A stretch of DNA of 64,000 nucleotides from an uncultured Gammaproteobacteria bacterium (GCA_964355175.1 CAYHBZ010000001.1:439400-503399), one strand, 5' to 3'; positions 17,474-27,999 are shown, numbered from the stretch's first letter. The notes: generated by a model not told the origin, from the sequence alone. A program made the numbers and translations.

Positions 17474-18958
17474 ATGATTGAAAAAGAACCGATAAACTTA
17501 TTACAGCCCCAAACATTGGAGCAAGAAGAGCCAAAGCCAAAAAAGAAAAAATTCCTTTGGCTATTTTTAATTATTGCCGTTTTATTGGTCGTGGGCTGTA
17601 AAGTACAGCGCACTCTCACCCTTTCGGCCTGGCCCAACGACGCCACCAATTACGACTTGAAGACTTTGAAACCCAAAAATGTGGGTGTGCTTGAGACCGT
17701 AAAAAACTTTATTTTGCATTCTGATAATATCTTGGACGGCCAAAAAGATGACCGTATCAATATTTTATTGCTAGGAATTGGCGGTCCTGGACATGATGGC
17801 GCCTATTTATCCGATACCAACATTATTTTGAGCATTAAGCCAAGCACTCAGGAAGTCGCTTTGATTTCTATACCGCGTGATTTGGGTGTGCCTATTGCCG
17901 GACACGGTGTGCGCAAAATAAACTCGGCCGATGCTTTTGGCGAAGCTGAAAACCCAAGATTTGGTGGTGAATATGCGCGTCAAGTTTTTGAAAAAAACTT
18001 TGGCTTGGATATCCCCTACTATGTACGCGTAGATTTCAAAGCTTTCCAGGAAATAGTAGACGAAGTGGGTGGTGTGACTGTAAATGTGCCACGCACTTTT
18101 TCCGATTCGGAATTCCCGGGTGAAAATTTTTCTTATCGCACCATTAGTTTTACTGCCGGAATACAGACCCTGAACGGCGCCAAGGCGCTAGATTTTGCCC
18201 GCAGTCGCCATGGTAATAATGGCGAGGGCTCTGATTTTGCCCGCAGTCGCCGCCAACAAATTATTTTATCGGCCCTGAAAGAAAAACTTTTATCTTTTGG
18301 CACTTATACCAATCCGGTGCATGTGCAAAATATTCTCACTTCCCTTTCCAACCACATTACTACCAATTTAAATTTTGGTCAGATGATGTATTTGGCTAGC
18401 ATGGCCAAGGAGGCGAATAACGAAATTAAAAATTTAGTGATTGATAATGGCAATAATGGTTTTCTCAAATCCTATATCGCCGACAGTGGTGCTTTTATGC
18501 TGGGGCCGACTACCGGAAACTTTGATCAGATAAATTTGGCAATGAAAAATGTCTTTGAAGAAAACCTCGCCAAACCGGGCCAAAATCTGGTCGAACAAAA
18601 CAAAACCATCTTCCCAAGTGGCAGAGTGCAGGTACTCAATGGTACCTGGCGCGCCGGACTGGCGGCCAAATATCAGCATGATTTGGAAAATGTTGGGCTC
18701 TCTACTCTCTCCTCTGGTAATAGCCCACGCCGTCCGATAGATGTTACTTCCATATATGTAATTAATCCAAAAGTTTCACCAGATGTTATCAAGGCTGTTC
18801 AAGCCGCCGTCCCTGGCCAGCTCAAAGTGGGCGCACCGGACTGGCTATTGGCGTCGAGCACTACCGCTGTTTACGGTAGCGCCTCTTCTACCGCCAATTT
18901 GAATTTTAACCCGGAAGCCGATATACTGTTAATATTAGGAACTGATATAAAAAATTAA
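17474..18958 (+). CDS. LCP (LytR-CpsA-Psr) family protein with LytR C-terminal domain
   Basis: N-terminal TM, INILLLG, SDT, SIPRD, KIN, DFARSRRQ; VQVLNGT..GLA C-terminal domain. Confidence 0.92.
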   Translation: MIEKEPINLLQPQTLEQEEPKPKKKKFLWLFLIIAVLLVVGCKVQRTLTLSAWPNDATNYDLKTLKPKNVGVLETVKNFILHSDNILDGQKDDRINILLLGIGGPGHDGAYLSDTNIILSIKPSTQEVALISIPRDLGVPIAGHGVRKINSADAFGEAENPRFGGEYARQVFEKNFGLDIPYYVRVDFKAFQEIVDEVGGVTVNVPRTFSDSEFPGENFSYRTISFTAGIQTLNGAKALDFARSRHGNNGEGSDFARSRRQQIILSALKEKLLSFGTYTNPVHVQNILTSLSNHITTNLNFGQMMYLASMAKEANNEIKNLVIDNGNNGFLKSYIADSGAFMLGPTTGNFDQINLAMKNVFEENLAKPGQNLVEQNKTIFPSGRVQVLNGTWRAGLAAKYQHDLENVGLSTLSSGNSPRRPIDVTSIYVINPKVSPDVIKAVQAAVPGQLKVGAPDWLLASSTTAVYGSASSTANLNFNPEADILLILGTDIKN

Positions 18959-18961
18959 AAT

Positions 18962-20335
18962 ATGTCTACACCCGCAAAAATAGTTGATTGGAATCTGCCG
19001 ACAGTCGCACTCGTAGGACGCGTGAACGTAGGCAAGTCTACTTTATTTAATCGTCTCACTGAAAGCACCCAAGCTTTAGTTTCCGATATTCCCGGCACCA
19101 CTCGTACTCGCAATTCCGCGCAGGCTATTTGGCGTGGTAAACAAATCCGCATCGTGGATACCGGTGGTCTTACTTTTTCCGATGAAGTATTGCTAGAAAA
19201 AGATATTATCAAACAAACCGAAGCTGCTCTCAAAGAAGCCAATGTCATAGTTTTTGTCACCGATATTCGCGATGGCTTATTGCCTCAAGAAAAAGAATTG
19301 GCCAAATTGTTATTGCAAAAGAAAAAGAATTGTCCGATTATTTTTGTGGCCAACAAAGCGGATAATCCTCTGGACCAATCCCTAAAATACGAACGCGCTT
19401 GGCTCAAACTTGGCTTTGGCGCGCCCATGGCCATATCCGCGCAAAATGGTTCAGGTCTCGGTGAACTGATGGAAGAAATTTTCAAACATTTGAAAAAAAA
19501 TCCAAAGAAACCAAAAGTTGTTCCAGATATAAATCCAATCAAAGTAGCCTTAATCGGCAAACCAAACGTCGGTAAATCCGCGCTATTTAATAAATTAATT
19601 GGCGAGGATAGAGTAATTGTCAGCGACATGGCCCATACTACTCGTGAACCACACGACACTCTAGTAGAAGTTGATGGTGATCATATTTTATTTATCGACA
19701 CCGCCGGTATTCGTCGCAAAGCCAAAGTTGGCGGCCACTTAGAGCGCCAGGGTATTGGCAAAAGTATTGAAGCGATGAAACGCGCCGACATTGTTTTGTT
19801 TTTACTCGACACCACTTCCCCGATTACGGATCAGGACCAACAGCTTGGCGGTTTGCTACGCGAGAGCACCAAGAGTGTAATCATCGTGGTAAATAAATGG
19901 GATCTCAGCGATGAAAATACCGATGATTTCCGCAACGAGGTCAAAAAAGATATCCTTAAACAATTCCCGCATATTAGTTACGCGCCGATTGTGTTTGTCA
20001 GCGCGGCTACAAACTACCGCATCCACCAAATCTTCCCACTGATCAAACGCGCCTACGCCGAACGCCAGACAGTGATTGATGAAGAAACTATCGAAGCCTT
20101 CATAAAAGGCATGGTCAAAAAACACCTCCCATCGCGCGGCAAAGGTGTGCGCCATCCGCAAATAAAAGGCTTTCACCAGATCAATGCCGGCCCACCAATT
20201 TTTGAATTGTTTATCAAATACAAAACTTCGCTCAATATCTCTTACGTCCACTTTTTGGAAAATCGTTTGCGTGAACAATTTAGTTTTTTTGCCGCGCCGA
20301 TTATTATCAAATTGACCAAAACTAAGAGAACTTAA
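18962..20335 (+). CDS. der: Ribosome biogenesis GTPase Der/EngA
   Basis: Two G domains (GRVNVGKS, DTGG, NKAD; GKPNVGKS, DTAG, NKWD) plus KH-like C-terminus. Confidence 0.97.
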   Translation: MSTPAKIVDWNLPTVALVGRVNVGKSTLFNRLTESTQALVSDIPGTTRTRNSAQAIWRGKQIRIVDTGGLTFSDEVLLEKDIIKQTEAALKEANVIVFVTDIRDGLLPQEKELAKLLLQKKKNCPIIFVANKADNPLDQSLKYERAWLKLGFGAPMAISAQNGSGLGELMEEIFKHLKKNPKKPKVVPDINPIKVALIGKPNVGKSALFNKLIGEDRVIVSDMAHTTREPHDTLVEVDGDHILFIDTAGIRRKAKVGGHLERQGIGKSIEAMKRADIVLFLLDTTSPITDQDQQLGGLLRESTKSVIIVVNKWDLSDENTDDFRNEVKKDILKQFPHISYAPIVFVSAATNYRIHQIFPLIKRAYAERQTVIDEETIEAFIKGMVKKHLPSRGKGVRHPQIKGFHQINAGPPIFELFIKYKTSLNISYVHFLENRLREQFSFFAAPIIIKLTKTKRT

Positions 20336-20336
20336 A

Positions 20337-20882
20337 ATGAACATGAAATTAATTATTGCTTTGGGCAACCCTGGCCGAGAATATGAAATGACCCGACATA
20401 ATGCCGGTTGGTTGGCTTTGGATAAATTAATCAAAGAAGAAAATTTGATCGGCAAAAAATTACCAAAAGCTCACTCGGAAGTTTTTGATTTGAAGATTGA
20501 ACGCGAAAAAATATTATTGGCCAAACCGCAAACTTTCATGAATGATTCCGGCTTGGCGGTAATGGAACTGATGAAATTTTATAAATTGACCAACAAAGAT
20601 ATTATCGTGATTCACGATGATAAAGACATTCCTGCTGGTGATATTCGTGTCCAGACCGATCGCGGCGCCGCCGGACACAATGGCATCAAATCCGTGATAG
20701 AGCGTTTGGGCACCAAAGATTTTACCCGCATCCGCATCGGTGTTGGCCCAATCGGCGAAGAAAAAATTCAAGTTATTAGCAACTTTGTTTTAAATAAATT
20801 CACTAAGGAGGAATTTAAAGTATTACAAACCGGGCTTGATAGTACCATAAAGGAAATCAAGCGACTCTCCTTGGTGGCGTAA
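20337..20882 (+). CDS. pth: Peptidyl-tRNA hydrolase
   Basis: LGNPG..Y..TRHNAG, KPQTFMNDSG, HDD, GHNGIKS. Confidence 0.97.
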   Translation: MNMKLIIALGNPGREYEMTRHNAGWLALDKLIKEENLIGKKLPKAHSEVFDLKIEREKILLAKPQTFMNDSGLAVMELMKFYKLTNKDIIVIHDDKDIPAGDIRVQTDRGAAGHNGIKSVIERLGTKDFTRIRIGVGPIGEEKIQVISNFVLNKFTKEEFKVLQTGLDSTIKEIKRLSLVA

Positions 20883-20891
20883 TTTTAAATT

Positions 20892-21992
20892 GTGAATTAT
20901 CAAGCTTGGTTGGCCCACTTCCCCAAGATCACTTATATTCGATACGCCCGACTCCGGGCGTATTTTGGCGATCTAAAAAATTTGTATGCCGCCGAGCTGG
21001 ATGAAGTAGTGAAAGCAGGTATCGAAGAAAATATCGCTGTGGAATTTTTGACTTGGCGTGATAAAAATCCAATAGAAAAAATTTTGGAGCGTATGGAAAA
21101 AGAAAACATCCGCGCGGTTTCTTTGGGCGAGCCTGATTATCCTCCCCTACTTTCTCAAATCAATGATCCGCCTCACACTTTATTTGTACGCGGCACTCTG
21201 CCCTCTTGCGACCAGCCAACTTTGGGCGTGGTAGGTACGCGTCGTTTTACTACTTACGGCAAAGTAGCTTGCGAAGATATGGTCACACCGCTAGCGGCAC
21301 AGGGCATAGTGATTGTGAGCGGCCTGGCTCTAGGTATCGACGGTATTGCTCACAGTGCCACCCTGGAAGCGGGCGGTACCACTATTGCCGTACTAGGATC
21401 GGGAATAAATAAATCTCATGTTTTCCCATCGACTCACAAACTCTTGGCCGAAAAAATTATTGCCACTGGCGGGGCCGTAATATCAGAATATCCGGTAGAT
21501 TTTTTACCAACTCAATATTCTTTTCCGGCGCGCAATCGAATTATTGCCGGGCTATCTTTGGGCACTTTAGTCATCGAAGCACCACTCAAATCCGGCGCAC
21601 TCATCACTGCCCGCTGTGCTCTAGATTACAATCGCGAAGTCATGTGTGTGCCCCACGCAATCACCTCGCCTACCGGAGCCGGACCAAACAACCTGATAAA
21701 ATTCGGCGCCAAAATGGTCACCGAACCAAATGATATTTTGGAAACGCTGAATCTGCAAGAAATAAAACAAATTATTCCGGTAAAAAAAGAAAAAATAGAT
21801 ATAAATACTCCTGAAGGAAAAATATTAAACTGCCTGACCAAAGAGCCTAAAAATATAAACGAGATAATTCTGAAAACAAAAATAGATAGTGCCACCATGA
21901 GTGCCACACTGACCATCATGGAAATAAAAGGGCAAATAAAAAATCTAGGTGGTAGGTGGAATGAATTATATAAAAAAATAATCCCGACTTAG
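20892..21992 (+). CDS. dprA: DNA-processing protein DprA
   Basis: VVGTR, IVSGLALGID, FPARNRIIAGLS, EA..KSGALITA; C-terminus altered by a 7-bp duplication. Confidence 0.95.
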   Translation: MNYQAWLAHFPKITYIRYARLRAYFGDLKNLYAAELDEVVKAGIEENIAVEFLTWRDKNPIEKILERMEKENIRAVSLGEPDYPPLLSQINDPPHTLFVRGTLPSCDQPTLGVVGTRRFTTYGKVACEDMVTPLAAQGIVIVSGLALGIDGIAHSATLEAGGTTIAVLGSGINKSHVFPSTHKLLAEKIIATGGAVISEYPVDFLPTQYSFPARNRIIAGLSLGTLVIEAPLKSGALITARCALDYNREVMCVPHAITSPTGAGPNNLIKFGAKMVTEPNDILETLNLQEIKQIIPVKKEKIDINTPEGKILNCLTKEPKNINEIILKTKIDSATMSATLTIMEIKGQIKNLGGRWNELYKKIIPT

Positions 21993-22005
21993 TCGGGATT
22001 ATTTT
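21975..22005. terminator. Bidirectional terminator
   Basis: AAAATAATCCCGAC TTA GTCGGGATTATTTT perfect inverted repeat. Confidence 0.75.
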
Positions 22006-22009
22006 AATT

Positions 22010-22816
22010 TTATTTATTTTCAGGATTTTTTCTGGTCATCCGAAACCATCCTGTCGCTTTCTTCCATAAACCAGGATCGGCCTCTACCGCTCTCTCTTCA
22101 GCGACCAGATCAATCTTTGAACTTGGCGCCTGCATTCTAACTTCACCTACTTTAGTAATATTTTGACCTTTTCTCAGACCCTGGCCTTTCATATTTATTA
22201 AATCAACTTCTACTACTGGCCTACTTTCGCCAATTTGAGCTCTTAATTCCACAGTCAGCGTTGCCAACGGCGCAAGATCTTCCATTTTCCAAGCACCAAC
22301 CGGATCATTTTCTCCTCCAAATAATTCTTTTACAAATTCTTTAAATTCTTTAACATCCTCAAATTTTTTATTACCCATCCAACGCTTAATAAAACCCACC
22401 ACCTCAGCTTCACGGTTACTTTTTACATCATCAAATACATGACTTAATTCAACCGGATCAACCACAACTTCTTTTTGTTTACCTTTAGATGTATCTGATT
22501 TAGTTTGCACCAAACGGTCGCGCAAATCTCCTAAGTCAAATTCGGTAACAGTATCTACTTTAGGATTTATAGGCTTTGTGACTACACGAGACACAACCGG
22601 AGTTTTTTCATCATCGTCCAATGGTTCTATTGGTTCTATACTTGGATCTTGAGGAACATCAAAAAATTTAACTGGCCCAGACACTTGATCGTCGATTAAC
22701 TCTGCACCGGTATCAGAACGTTTGATTGCCGGAATACTTACACGAGCGTCTCCAGAACACTCACCTGTGCGATGCGCTCCTTGGCAAACTCTACAGATTG
22801 ATTTTCCTTCATTCAT
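22010..22816 (-). CDS. Hypothetical protein with N-terminal C-x2-C-x3-H-x4-C motif
   Basis: Long ORF; CRVCQGAHRTGEC; divergent from topA with overlapping TTGACA boxes at 22851-22866. Confidence 0.7.
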   Translation of the reverse strand: MNEGKSICRVCQGAHRTGECSGDARVSIPAIKRSDTGAELIDDQVSGPVKFFDVPQDPSIEPIEPLDDDEKTPVVSRVVTKPINPKVDTVTEFDLGDLRDRLVQTKSDTSKGKQKEVVVDPVELSHVFDDVKSNREAEVVGFIKRWMGNKKFEDVKEFKEFVKELFGGENDPVGAWKMEDLAPLATLTVELRAQIGESRPVVEVDLINMKGQGLRKGQNITKVGEVRMQAPSSKIDLVAEERAVEADPGLWKKATGWFRMTRKNPENK

Positions 22817-22900
22817 ATAATAATATTTATACCAAAATTCTACCACCAAATTGACATTTCTGTCAAAATGGATTATTGTTGAGTCAAATAATTTTGTCTT

Positions 22901-24955
22901 ATGTCCAAACTTGTTATCGTAGAGTCACCAGCTAAAGCTAGAACTATTTCCAAATTTTTGGGAAGAAAATTCGTGGTCAAATCTTCTTTTGGCCATGTTC
23001 GCGATCTTCCAAAAAGTAAAATGGGGGTAGATGTAAACAATAATTTTGAACCTCATTATATTGTCAGCCGCGACAAAAGCAAAGTAGCCAAAGAACTCAA
23101 AGCCGACGCCAAAGGCACCGACGAAATCCTATTCGCTACCGATGAAGACCGTGAAGGAGAAGCTATTTCTTGGCATTTGGCGCAAATTTTGGGAGTAGAT
23201 CCAGCCAAAGCCAAACGTATTGTTTTCCACGAAATTACCAAAACCGCGATTGAAGAAGCAATAAAAAATCCCCGTCCGCTAGATCTCAAAATGGTAGATG
23301 CCCAACAAGCTCGCCGCGTACTAGATAGACTGGTGGGTTATGAACTCTCCCCATTCCTCTGGCGCAAAGTAGCCAAAGGATTGTCCGCCGGTCGTGTACA
23401 AAGTGTAGCCATGCGTCTCACCGTGGAGCGTGAACGCGAAATTTTGGCTTTCAAACCAGAAGAATATTGGACAGTGGAAGGTGTTTTTGCCAATACTCAA
23501 AAAATAAATTTCAACGCTAAATTATCAGCCACTCCAGAAAAAAAACTGGAAAAATTGGATATTGCCAATCAAGAAATGGCTGACAAAATCATGGCCGATC
23601 TCAAGGGCGCTTCCTATATAGTAAACGAAGTCGAAAAAAAGACCACTCACCGCAACCCACCACCTCCATTTACCACTTCTACTATTCAGCAAGATGCCAA
23701 CAATCGTCTAGGCTTTTCTGCCAAGCAAACAATGCGCCTGGCCCAACAACTATACGAAGGTATGGAAGTTGGCTCCGAAGGCTCGGTCGGTCTTATTACC
23801 TATATGCGTACCGATTCGGTAAACATGGCCCAGAAATTTTTGACCGACGCTCACGGTGTAATCAAAGCCGATTTTGGTGATAAATATTTGGTAGACAAAC
23901 CTCGTATTTATACCAATAAAAGTAAAAACGCTCAGGAAGCCCATGAAGCTATCCGTCCTACTGAAGCCGGCCGCACCCCAGATATTGTAAAACCATTTTT
24001 GGATAAAAATCAATTCAAACTTTATGAATTGATTTGGAACCGCGCGATGGCCACTCAGATGAATGCTGCCGAAATTTCCTCTACTGGCGCTAATATCGTT
24101 TCTCAAAATAAATATACTTTCCGTGCTACCGGACAATTTGTAGTGTTCGATGGTTATCTCAAATTATACCCAGATAAAAACAAAGACAACTCTTTGCCAA
24201 ATTTGGAAAATGGTCAAAAGGTAGAATGCCAAGAATTAAAGCCCGAGCAACATTTCACCGAACCGCCAGCACGCTATAATGACGCCGCTTTGGTAAAAGC
24301 ACTGGAAGAACACGGCATTGGCCGCCCTTCTACTTATGCGCCGACTATCGCCACCATCGAAGACCGTGGCTACGTAGAGCGTGATGAAAAAAAACGCCTG
24401 AAACCACGCGACATTGCTTTTACCGTGAATGATCTTTTGGTACAACATTTCCCAAATATTGTAGATTTAGAATTCACCGCCAAAATGGAAGAAAGTTTTG
24501 ATGAAATTGCTCGCGGTGAAAAAGAATGGCAACCAGTGATTGGTGAATTTTATTTCCCTTTCAAAGAAAATCTCAAAGTAAAAGAAACGGAAATTGCCGA
24601 AAAAGTAAAAATACCAGACGAAACCACCGACGAAGTCTGTGAAAAATGCGGCAAACCAATGGTCATAAAAAATGGCCGCTTTGGAAAATTCATGGCTTGC
24701 TCCGGCTATCCTGATTGTAAGACTACCAAAAATATTGCCAATCTTACCGGCGTAAAGTGTCCAAAATGCAATCAAGGCGAATTAGCCGGTCGCAAAAGTA
24801 AACGCGGTAAAATGTTTTATGGCTGCAACCGTTATCCAAATTGCGACTTCGCGCTTTGGGACAAACCAACCGGTGACAAATGCGAAAAATGTGGATCGCT
24901 AATCACCCAAACTTTCAAAGGCGAAGTAAAATGTTCCAACAAGGAGTGTAAATAA
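22901..24955 (+). CDS. topA: DNA topoisomerase I
   Basis: IVESPAKA, ATDEDREGE, SAGRVQS, ITYMRTDS, C-terminal Zn ribbons. Confidence 0.98.
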   Translation: MSKLVIVESPAKARTISKFLGRKFVVKSSFGHVRDLPKSKMGVDVNNNFEPHYIVSRDKSKVAKELKADAKGTDEILFATDEDREGEAISWHLAQILGVDPAKAKRIVFHEITKTAIEEAIKNPRPLDLKMVDAQQARRVLDRLVGYELSPFLWRKVAKGLSAGRVQSVAMRLTVEREREILAFKPEEYWTVEGVFANTQKINFNAKLSATPEKKLEKLDIANQEMADKIMADLKGASYIVNEVEKKTTHRNPPPPFTTSTIQQDANNRLGFSAKQTMRLAQQLYEGMEVGSEGSVGLITYMRTDSVNMAQKFLTDAHGVIKADFGDKYLVDKPRIYTNKSKNAQEAHEAIRPTEAGRTPDIVKPFLDKNQFKLYELIWNRAMATQMNAAEISSTGANIVSQNKYTFRATGQFVVFDGYLKLYPDKNKDNSLPNLENGQKVECQELKPEQHFTEPPARYNDAALVKALEEHGIGRPSTYAPTIATIEDRGYVERDEKKRLKPRDIAFTVNDLLVQHFPNIVDLEFTAKMEESFDEIARGEKEWQPVIGEFYFPFKENLKVKETEIAEKVKIPDETTDEVCEKCGKPMVIKNGRFGKFMACSGYPDCKTTKNIANLTGVKCPKCNQGELAGRKSKRGKMFYGCNRYPNCDFALWDKPTGDKCEKCGSLITQTFKGEVKCSNKECK

Positions 24956-24965
24956 TCGGCTAATC

Positions 24966-24994
24966 TTGACAAAAACCCATATTTAGGCTAAGAT
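24966..24994 (+). promoter_or_regulatory. Promoter of rplA
   Basis: TTGACA-17-TAAGAT. Confidence 0.7.
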
Positions 24995-25006
24995 ATAAAC
25001 AATTAA

Positions 25007-25046
25007 TTAGGTGGGATCTCGACCACTCGAGAGTTTGTACCACTAA
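25007..25046 (+). promoter_or_regulatory. L1-binding autoregulatory leader (candidate)
   Basis: GTGG-GA-TCTCGA-CCAC-TCGAGA-GTTTGTA-CCAC mirrors the stem/asymmetric-loop layout of known L1 mRNA targets. Confidence 0.65.
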
Positions 25047-25075
25047 GTTCCGATCTAATCGGGATTAAAAAAATT

Positions 25076-25762
25076 ATGGCTAAATTAAATAAGCGCGCAG
25101 CCGCCAATGCTGCCAAGGTAGATAAAAACAAAGTCTACTCTATCGATGAAGCTATCAAGCTCATCAAAGAAACTTCCGGCGTTAAATTTGACGCTAGTGT
25201 AGAAGTGCACGCCAATTTGGGTATTGATCCAAAAAAAGGCGAACAGCAGATTCGCTCCACAGTAGTATTGCCTCACGGTATTGGCAAGACCAAGAAGATC
25301 GCTGTGTTCGTTTCTTCCGATAAAGAAAAAGAAGCCAAAGAATCCGGCGCTGACGTAATCTACATGGAAGAAGATATCAAAAAATTAAAAGATACCGGCA
25401 AAATCGACTTTGAAATTGCCGTGACTACTCCAGACATGATGCCAAAAATGGCCGCGGTGGCCAAAGTGCTTGGTCCAAAAGGTTTGATGCCAAACCCAAA
25501 GACTGAAACTGTCGGACCAAACTTGAAAAAAATGGTTGATGAATTAAAAAGAGGTAAAATCACTTTCAAAAATGATGACACTTCTAATATCCACCAATTA
25601 GTTGGCAAAGTAAGTTTTGATGAAGCGAAACTAAAAGAAAATATCACTATTTTCGTGGATGCTTTGAAAAAAGCCAAGCCAAGCTCTTCCAAAGGAACTT
25701 ACATAAAAAATCTCGTGCTCTGTTCCACTATGGGACCAGCAATACGATTGAGTGAGAACTAA
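25076..25762 (+). CDS. rplA: 50S ribosomal protein L1
   Basis: KFDASVE, LPHGIGK, LGPKGLMPNPK, STMGP. Confidence 0.98.
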   Translation: MAKLNKRAAANAAKVDKNKVYSIDEAIKLIKETSGVKFDASVEVHANLGIDPKKGEQQIRSTVVLPHGIGKTKKIAVFVSSDKEKEAKESGADVIYMEEDIKKLKDTGKIDFEIAVTTPDMMPKMAAVAKVLGPKGLMPNPKTETVGPNLKKMVDELKRGKITFKNDDTSNIHQLVGKVSFDEAKLKENITIFVDALKKAKPSSSKGTYIKNLVLCSTMGPAIRLSEN

Positions 25763-25801
25763 AATAATACACCCCTCAATTTTTGAGGGGTGTTTTTTCG
25801 T

Positions 25802-26833
25802 ATGCTAATAATCGCCACTATTGTACCGAAGACCGAAGAGGCTATTATAAAAAAAATTATTCTCGCCGGAGCTGACGCTCTTAGGTTTAACTTTTTTTAC
25901 GATACAGTTGAAAAAAATATAGAACTAATACAAAGAGCAGACGGCATAATAGACGAACTCAATTCTAAAACCAGAATTTTTGTAGAACTACCATTAAATA
26001 AAATTGCTTTGGGAGATTTTGATCTAAAAATATTTGCTGTAAGAGAGCATGACGAGTTGATTTTTCAATCCGCCCCTTTTTCTCCAGATTGTCACGAATT
26101 TATTCCAGTGGATATTCCGTATTTAGGAGAACAGGTGAGAATTAATCAAACTATCAGTTTGGCCAATGGTAAAATTTCCATGCAGGTAATAGAGATAATT
26201 AATCGTAATACCATTAAAATCAAAATCCTAAACAACGGGGCTATCAAAGCTAAACAAACTTTCAACAACGGGGTCACTCTGCCGGATGAAGTAATGATCG
26301 AAAAATATAAAAAAATCATAAAAAGCATAGAAAATTTACCGATACGCTTTTTGGCTATCCCATATATCAACGAAAATTTCATCAACACCATCAAAAAAAC
26401 CGATTTACTAAGCAAATTGGATCCAAAAACAAAGATCGTCATAAACATAGAGAGGGAAATAAAGAACGCTGAAATAGAAGCATTATGCCAGGATGAAAGC
26501 TTCAACATTATTAATATTGATCGGGGCGAGCTTGGCGTAAATATGGCATTTGAAAGATACGGTATCTATCAGAAAAAAATAATCAACATAGCCAAAAAAT
26601 TTAATAAAAAACTATTTTTTTGTTCACACATTCTGCCGAGTATTATTGATAATTATATACCCGCCCGATCGGATATTGCCGATCTTACATATATAGCCTA
26701 TGAGGATGTCGCGGCTGGCATAATATTTAGTAAAGAGACTGGAGCCAGCAACCGACCGGCTTATGCCATCAGCGCCGCTCGTAAAATTATAAACGAAGTA
26801 GAAAAAGCAAAAAAAATTAATAGTGATTTTTAA
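25802..26833 (+). CDS. Pyruvate kinase-like protein (degenerate active site, no C domain)
   Basis: AGADALRFNF, B-domain insert, DRGELG, PARSD, SKETG..RP; aligns by eye with the PK A/B domains. Confidence 0.75.
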   Translation: MLIIATIVPKTEEAIIKKIILAGADALRFNFFYDTVEKNIELIQRADGIIDELNSKTRIFVELPLNKIALGDFDLKIFAVREHDELIFQSAPFSPDCHEFIPVDIPYLGEQVRINQTISLANGKISMQVIEIINRNTIKIKILNNGAIKAKQTFNNGVTLPDEVMIEKYKKIIKSIENLPIRFLAIPYINENFINTIKKTDLLSKLDPKTKIVINIEREIKNAEIEALCQDESFNIINIDRGELGVNMAFERYGIYQKKIINIAKKFNKKLFFCSHILPSIIDNYIPARSDIADLTYIAYEDVAAGIIFSKETGASNRPAYAISAARKIINEVEKAKKINSDF

Positions 26834-26845
26834 AAATAGGCACCT

Positions 26846-27934
26846 ATGCCCAAAAAATCCGTTAAAAAAATCACTTATCCATCCATTACCGAATGGATCA
26901 AAAGAATTTCTTTACCAAATTCTGAACTTTTTATTAATGAAGACAGAACAAAATACGAACGTCTAAAAATTTTACACAAGGTTATCAATTTACCTTACTT
27001 ACCACCTACTGAATTTACTTCAAAAGAAATCTTGGAACAAAGCAAATCTTTTAAAAAATTTTTTAATAAAAAAAAGAATAATTTGTGCACTCTTCGGTTG
27101 ACCCCATTAATACCCGAACTTTCAAAAATTAGAAAAAGAGGCGGATCTCTGGCAGATAATATAAAATGGTATCTAAAACAAAAAATAGATCATAGCAGCT
27201 ATAAATTGGAGGTTGTCCCTAGAAGTAACAACGTACTCTGGTCAGGAATTTTTGTTGCTGATCACCATGGAATACTCGGAGAAATGAATAAGAGTGGGAT
27301 CACCCAAATGGTAAAAGGCGACCACACTCAAACACCGACTATATTTTCCTATAATTTTAAAGACTGGAAATTTTCAAAAAATAACAAGCGCATCCAAAAA
27401 ATAATTAAAAAAGTAATAAATAAAATACAAATAAAAAATCCAATAAAAAGAGAGAAAATAAAAAATGATCTACAGACTGAATTTACCAAAAATAATTTCA
27501 TGCGCGGTTACTTTGAGTTTACTATCTGGCCCAAATTAGGCCTGCGCTTTGTGGATTACAATCGCTTTCATATTAATATTCAAAAAGAAAAAGACGCTTG
27601 GGAAAAAAATAAAGAAAAGAAAATGATTGGTGTTTGCGCTGGCGTAGGCAAAGCAATTGGCAAAGCAAAAATAATTTTAAACCCAAACAAAAATAACAAA
27701 TTCAAAAAAGGAGACATCTTGGTCTGTAAAAATATTAATATCGATTACCTTCCAATCATCGGGCTAGCTTCCGGAATAATCACCGAAAAAGGCGCCTTAC
27801 TGTCTCACGCCGCTGTGATCTGTCGCGAATTAAAAAAACCTTATATCGTTTTGGTAAAAAACGCTACCACTAAAATTAAAAACAACGAGAAAATTAAAAT
27901 GGATGCCAATACCGGATCGATTCTGAAGATATAA
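26846..27934 (+). CDS. PEP-utilizing phosphohistidine-swivel domain protein with unknown/ATP-grasp-like N-terminus (basic paralog)
   Basis: C-terminal GDILVC...GIITEKGALLSHAAVICRELKKP. Confidence 0.85.
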   Translation: MPKKSVKKITYPSITEWIKRISLPNSELFINEDRTKYERLKILHKVINLPYLPPTEFTSKEILEQSKSFKKFFNKKKNNLCTLRLTPLIPELSKIRKRGGSLADNIKWYLKQKIDHSSYKLEVVPRSNNVLWSGIFVADHHGILGEMNKSGITQMVKGDHTQTPTIFSYNFKDWKFSKNNKRIQKIIKKVINKIQIKNPIKREKIKNDLQTEFTKNNFMRGYFEFTIWPKLGLRFVDYNRFHINIQKEKDAWEKNKEKKMIGVCAGVGKAIGKAKIILNPNKNNKFKKGDILVCKNINIDYLPIIGLASGIITEKGALLSHAAVICRELKKPYIVLVKNATTKIKNNEKIKMDANTGSILKI

Positions 27935-27999
27935 AAATACCTAACCGCTTGCTTAACAGGCGGTTTTTTAATACAATTAGTATTATAATTTATAAATTT

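Noticed and set aside
18191-18251. Exact 19-bp direct repeat GATTTTGCCCGCAGTCGCC in the LCP gene
   Set aside because: Encodes DFARSR twice within the normal Arg-rich LCP catalytic motifs; in frame, two copies only, not CRISPR-like
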